A stretch of 64,000 bases of DNA, from NCBI GenBank assembly GCA_030390025.1, contig CM059432.1, positions 48,300,001 through 48,364,000 on the forward strand, given 5' to 3'. Source of the DNA: Squalus acanthias (Eukaryota). Below, piece by piece: positions 62,653 through 64,000 of the stretch (positions within the stretch are counted from its first letter, which is position 1; every line of letters starts with the position of its first letter). The notes under the pieces were generated by a model, which saw only the letters and a program-made list of their open reading frames with translations, made no database searches and was not told the origin of the DNA. A program made the position numbers and the translations under genes.

Positions 62653-62775
62653 TCACAATTCTTGTTTGATATCATTGAGGGCATTGGTCAGCTTCCGTAT
62701 CTTCTCCTCCATGTTTTTTTTGCCATTTGCTGTCTCACGGAGAAGCTGACGCATTTCTTCTTCCACTTGATAGAC
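62653..62775 (-). CDS. LRRCC1: LRRCC1 last coding exon (coiled-coil C-terminus)
   Basis: CCTTTAG acceptor; VYQVEEEMRQLLRETANGKKNMEEKIRKLTNALNDIKQEL*. Resembles the vertebrate LRRCC1 C-terminus and lies upstream of E2F5 on the same strand. Confidence 0.8.
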   Translation of the reverse strand, partial: VYQVEEEMRQLLRETANGKKNMEEKIRKLTNALNDIKQEL

Positions 62776-63294
62776 CTAAAGGATTTAAAATCTGATTACC
62801 TTTTATGTTGCAAGAGGTTGCTATAAGATTTTTTGAATTTACATGAAAAATGTGTAATACAAAGTTGCATACTAATAACGGTCCATCCAAAATGATAATA
62901 CAGCAAAAACCCTTCAACCTATAAATTATTGGGTTTAAACATTGATCATATTATTTGTTAATTTTTACACATCACATTAGCAATCTAACTATAAATGAAC
63001 AGGCAATTAATTGAGCAGTCCAAGAGATGCTTTCCTTCTCACAAGATGTGGAAAATTGTTTAAATGATCCCGTATTCTGAAAACAAATTGCATGTCACAA
63101 ACAGTTTTATTAATTCTAAAGTGCTTTCGATATTCACTATACCCTGCCTTAGTTGCACTATTCTTTGCATCAGCTATTTAAAGTTCTGCATCTTGAACCT
63201 TCATTACTTCTTCACTCTTCAACTACATAGGATTACATAGGATATACGGCACAGAAACAGGCGACTCGGCCCAATCAGTCCCCGTCGGCATTTA

Positions 63295-64000
63295 TAGAAA
63301 CATAGAAAAAAAAATAGGAGCAGGATAAGGCCATTCGGCCCTTCGAGCCTGCTCCACCATTCAATATGATCATGACTGATCCTCTATCTCGATACCATAT
63401 TCCCGTTCTCTCCCCATACCCCTTGATGCCTTTTGTGTCTAGAAATCACAGCCTTCTGTGGTAGAGAATTCCACAGGTTCACCACCCTCTGAGTGAAGAA
63501 ATTTCTCATCTCAGTCCTAAATGTCCAACCCCGTATCCTGAGACTGTGACCCCTCGTTCTAGACCCCCCAGCCAGGGGAAACATCCTCCCTGCATCCAGT
63601 CTGTCTAGCCCTGTCAGAATTTTATACGTTTCAATGAGATCCCCTCTCATTCTTCTAAACTCTACCCAATCTCTCCTCATACGACAGTCCTGCCATGCCA
63701 GGAATCAGTCTGGTGAACCTTCGCAGCACTCCCTCTATGGTAAGTATATCCTTTCTTAGGTAAGGAGACCAAAACTGCACACAGTACTCCAGGTGTGGTC
63801 TCACCAAGGCCCTGTATAACTGTAGTAAGACATCCTTGCTCCTATACTCAAATCCTCTTGCAATGAAGACCAACATACCATTTGCCTTCCTAACTGCTTG
63901 CTGCACCTGCATGTTTGCTTTCAGTGACTGGTGTACAAGGACACCCAGGTCCCTCTCTACATCAACATTTCCCAATCTATCACCATTTAAATAATACTCT
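63295..64000 (-). mobile_element. CR1 LINE 3' portion (runs off window)
   Basis: RDLGVLVHQSLKANMQVQQAVRKANGML...RMRGDLIETYKIL and CR1 tail. Confidence 0.93.

Overview
Eukaryotic, repeat-rich genomic DNA, most likely from an elasmobranch (shark or ray), judged by HE1/V-SINEs, Deu-domain SINEs, CR1/L2 LINEs and Harbinger elements. I read a complete 9-exon E2F5 gene on the minus strand (CDS 42350 to 10730, 1170 nt, 389 aa). It has a U12-type AT-AC third intron, an extra 210-nt exon resembling E2F4, a CpG-island promoter and a 3' UTR with several miRNA seed matches. The last coding exon of LRRCC1 (minus, 62775-62653) lies about 20 kb upstream, the same order as in human. Most of the rest is transposon-derived: CR1, L2, RTE and Penelope retroelements, SINEs, a solo LTR, hAT/pogo/Harbinger MITEs and two two-gene PIF/Harbinger transposons. 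The most unusual items are: (1) a Harbinger element whose interior is circularly permuted, with the transposase split and its halves out of order; (2) four Penelope-type minimal hammerhead ribozyme motifs showing stem covariation; (3) a CR1-type LINE with a tRNA-like head running directly into ORF2, plus SINE-sized derivatives of it. Most short ORFs in the supplied track are TE fragments or noise. Family names come from recognition, not database searches, and TE boundaries without TSDs are approximate.
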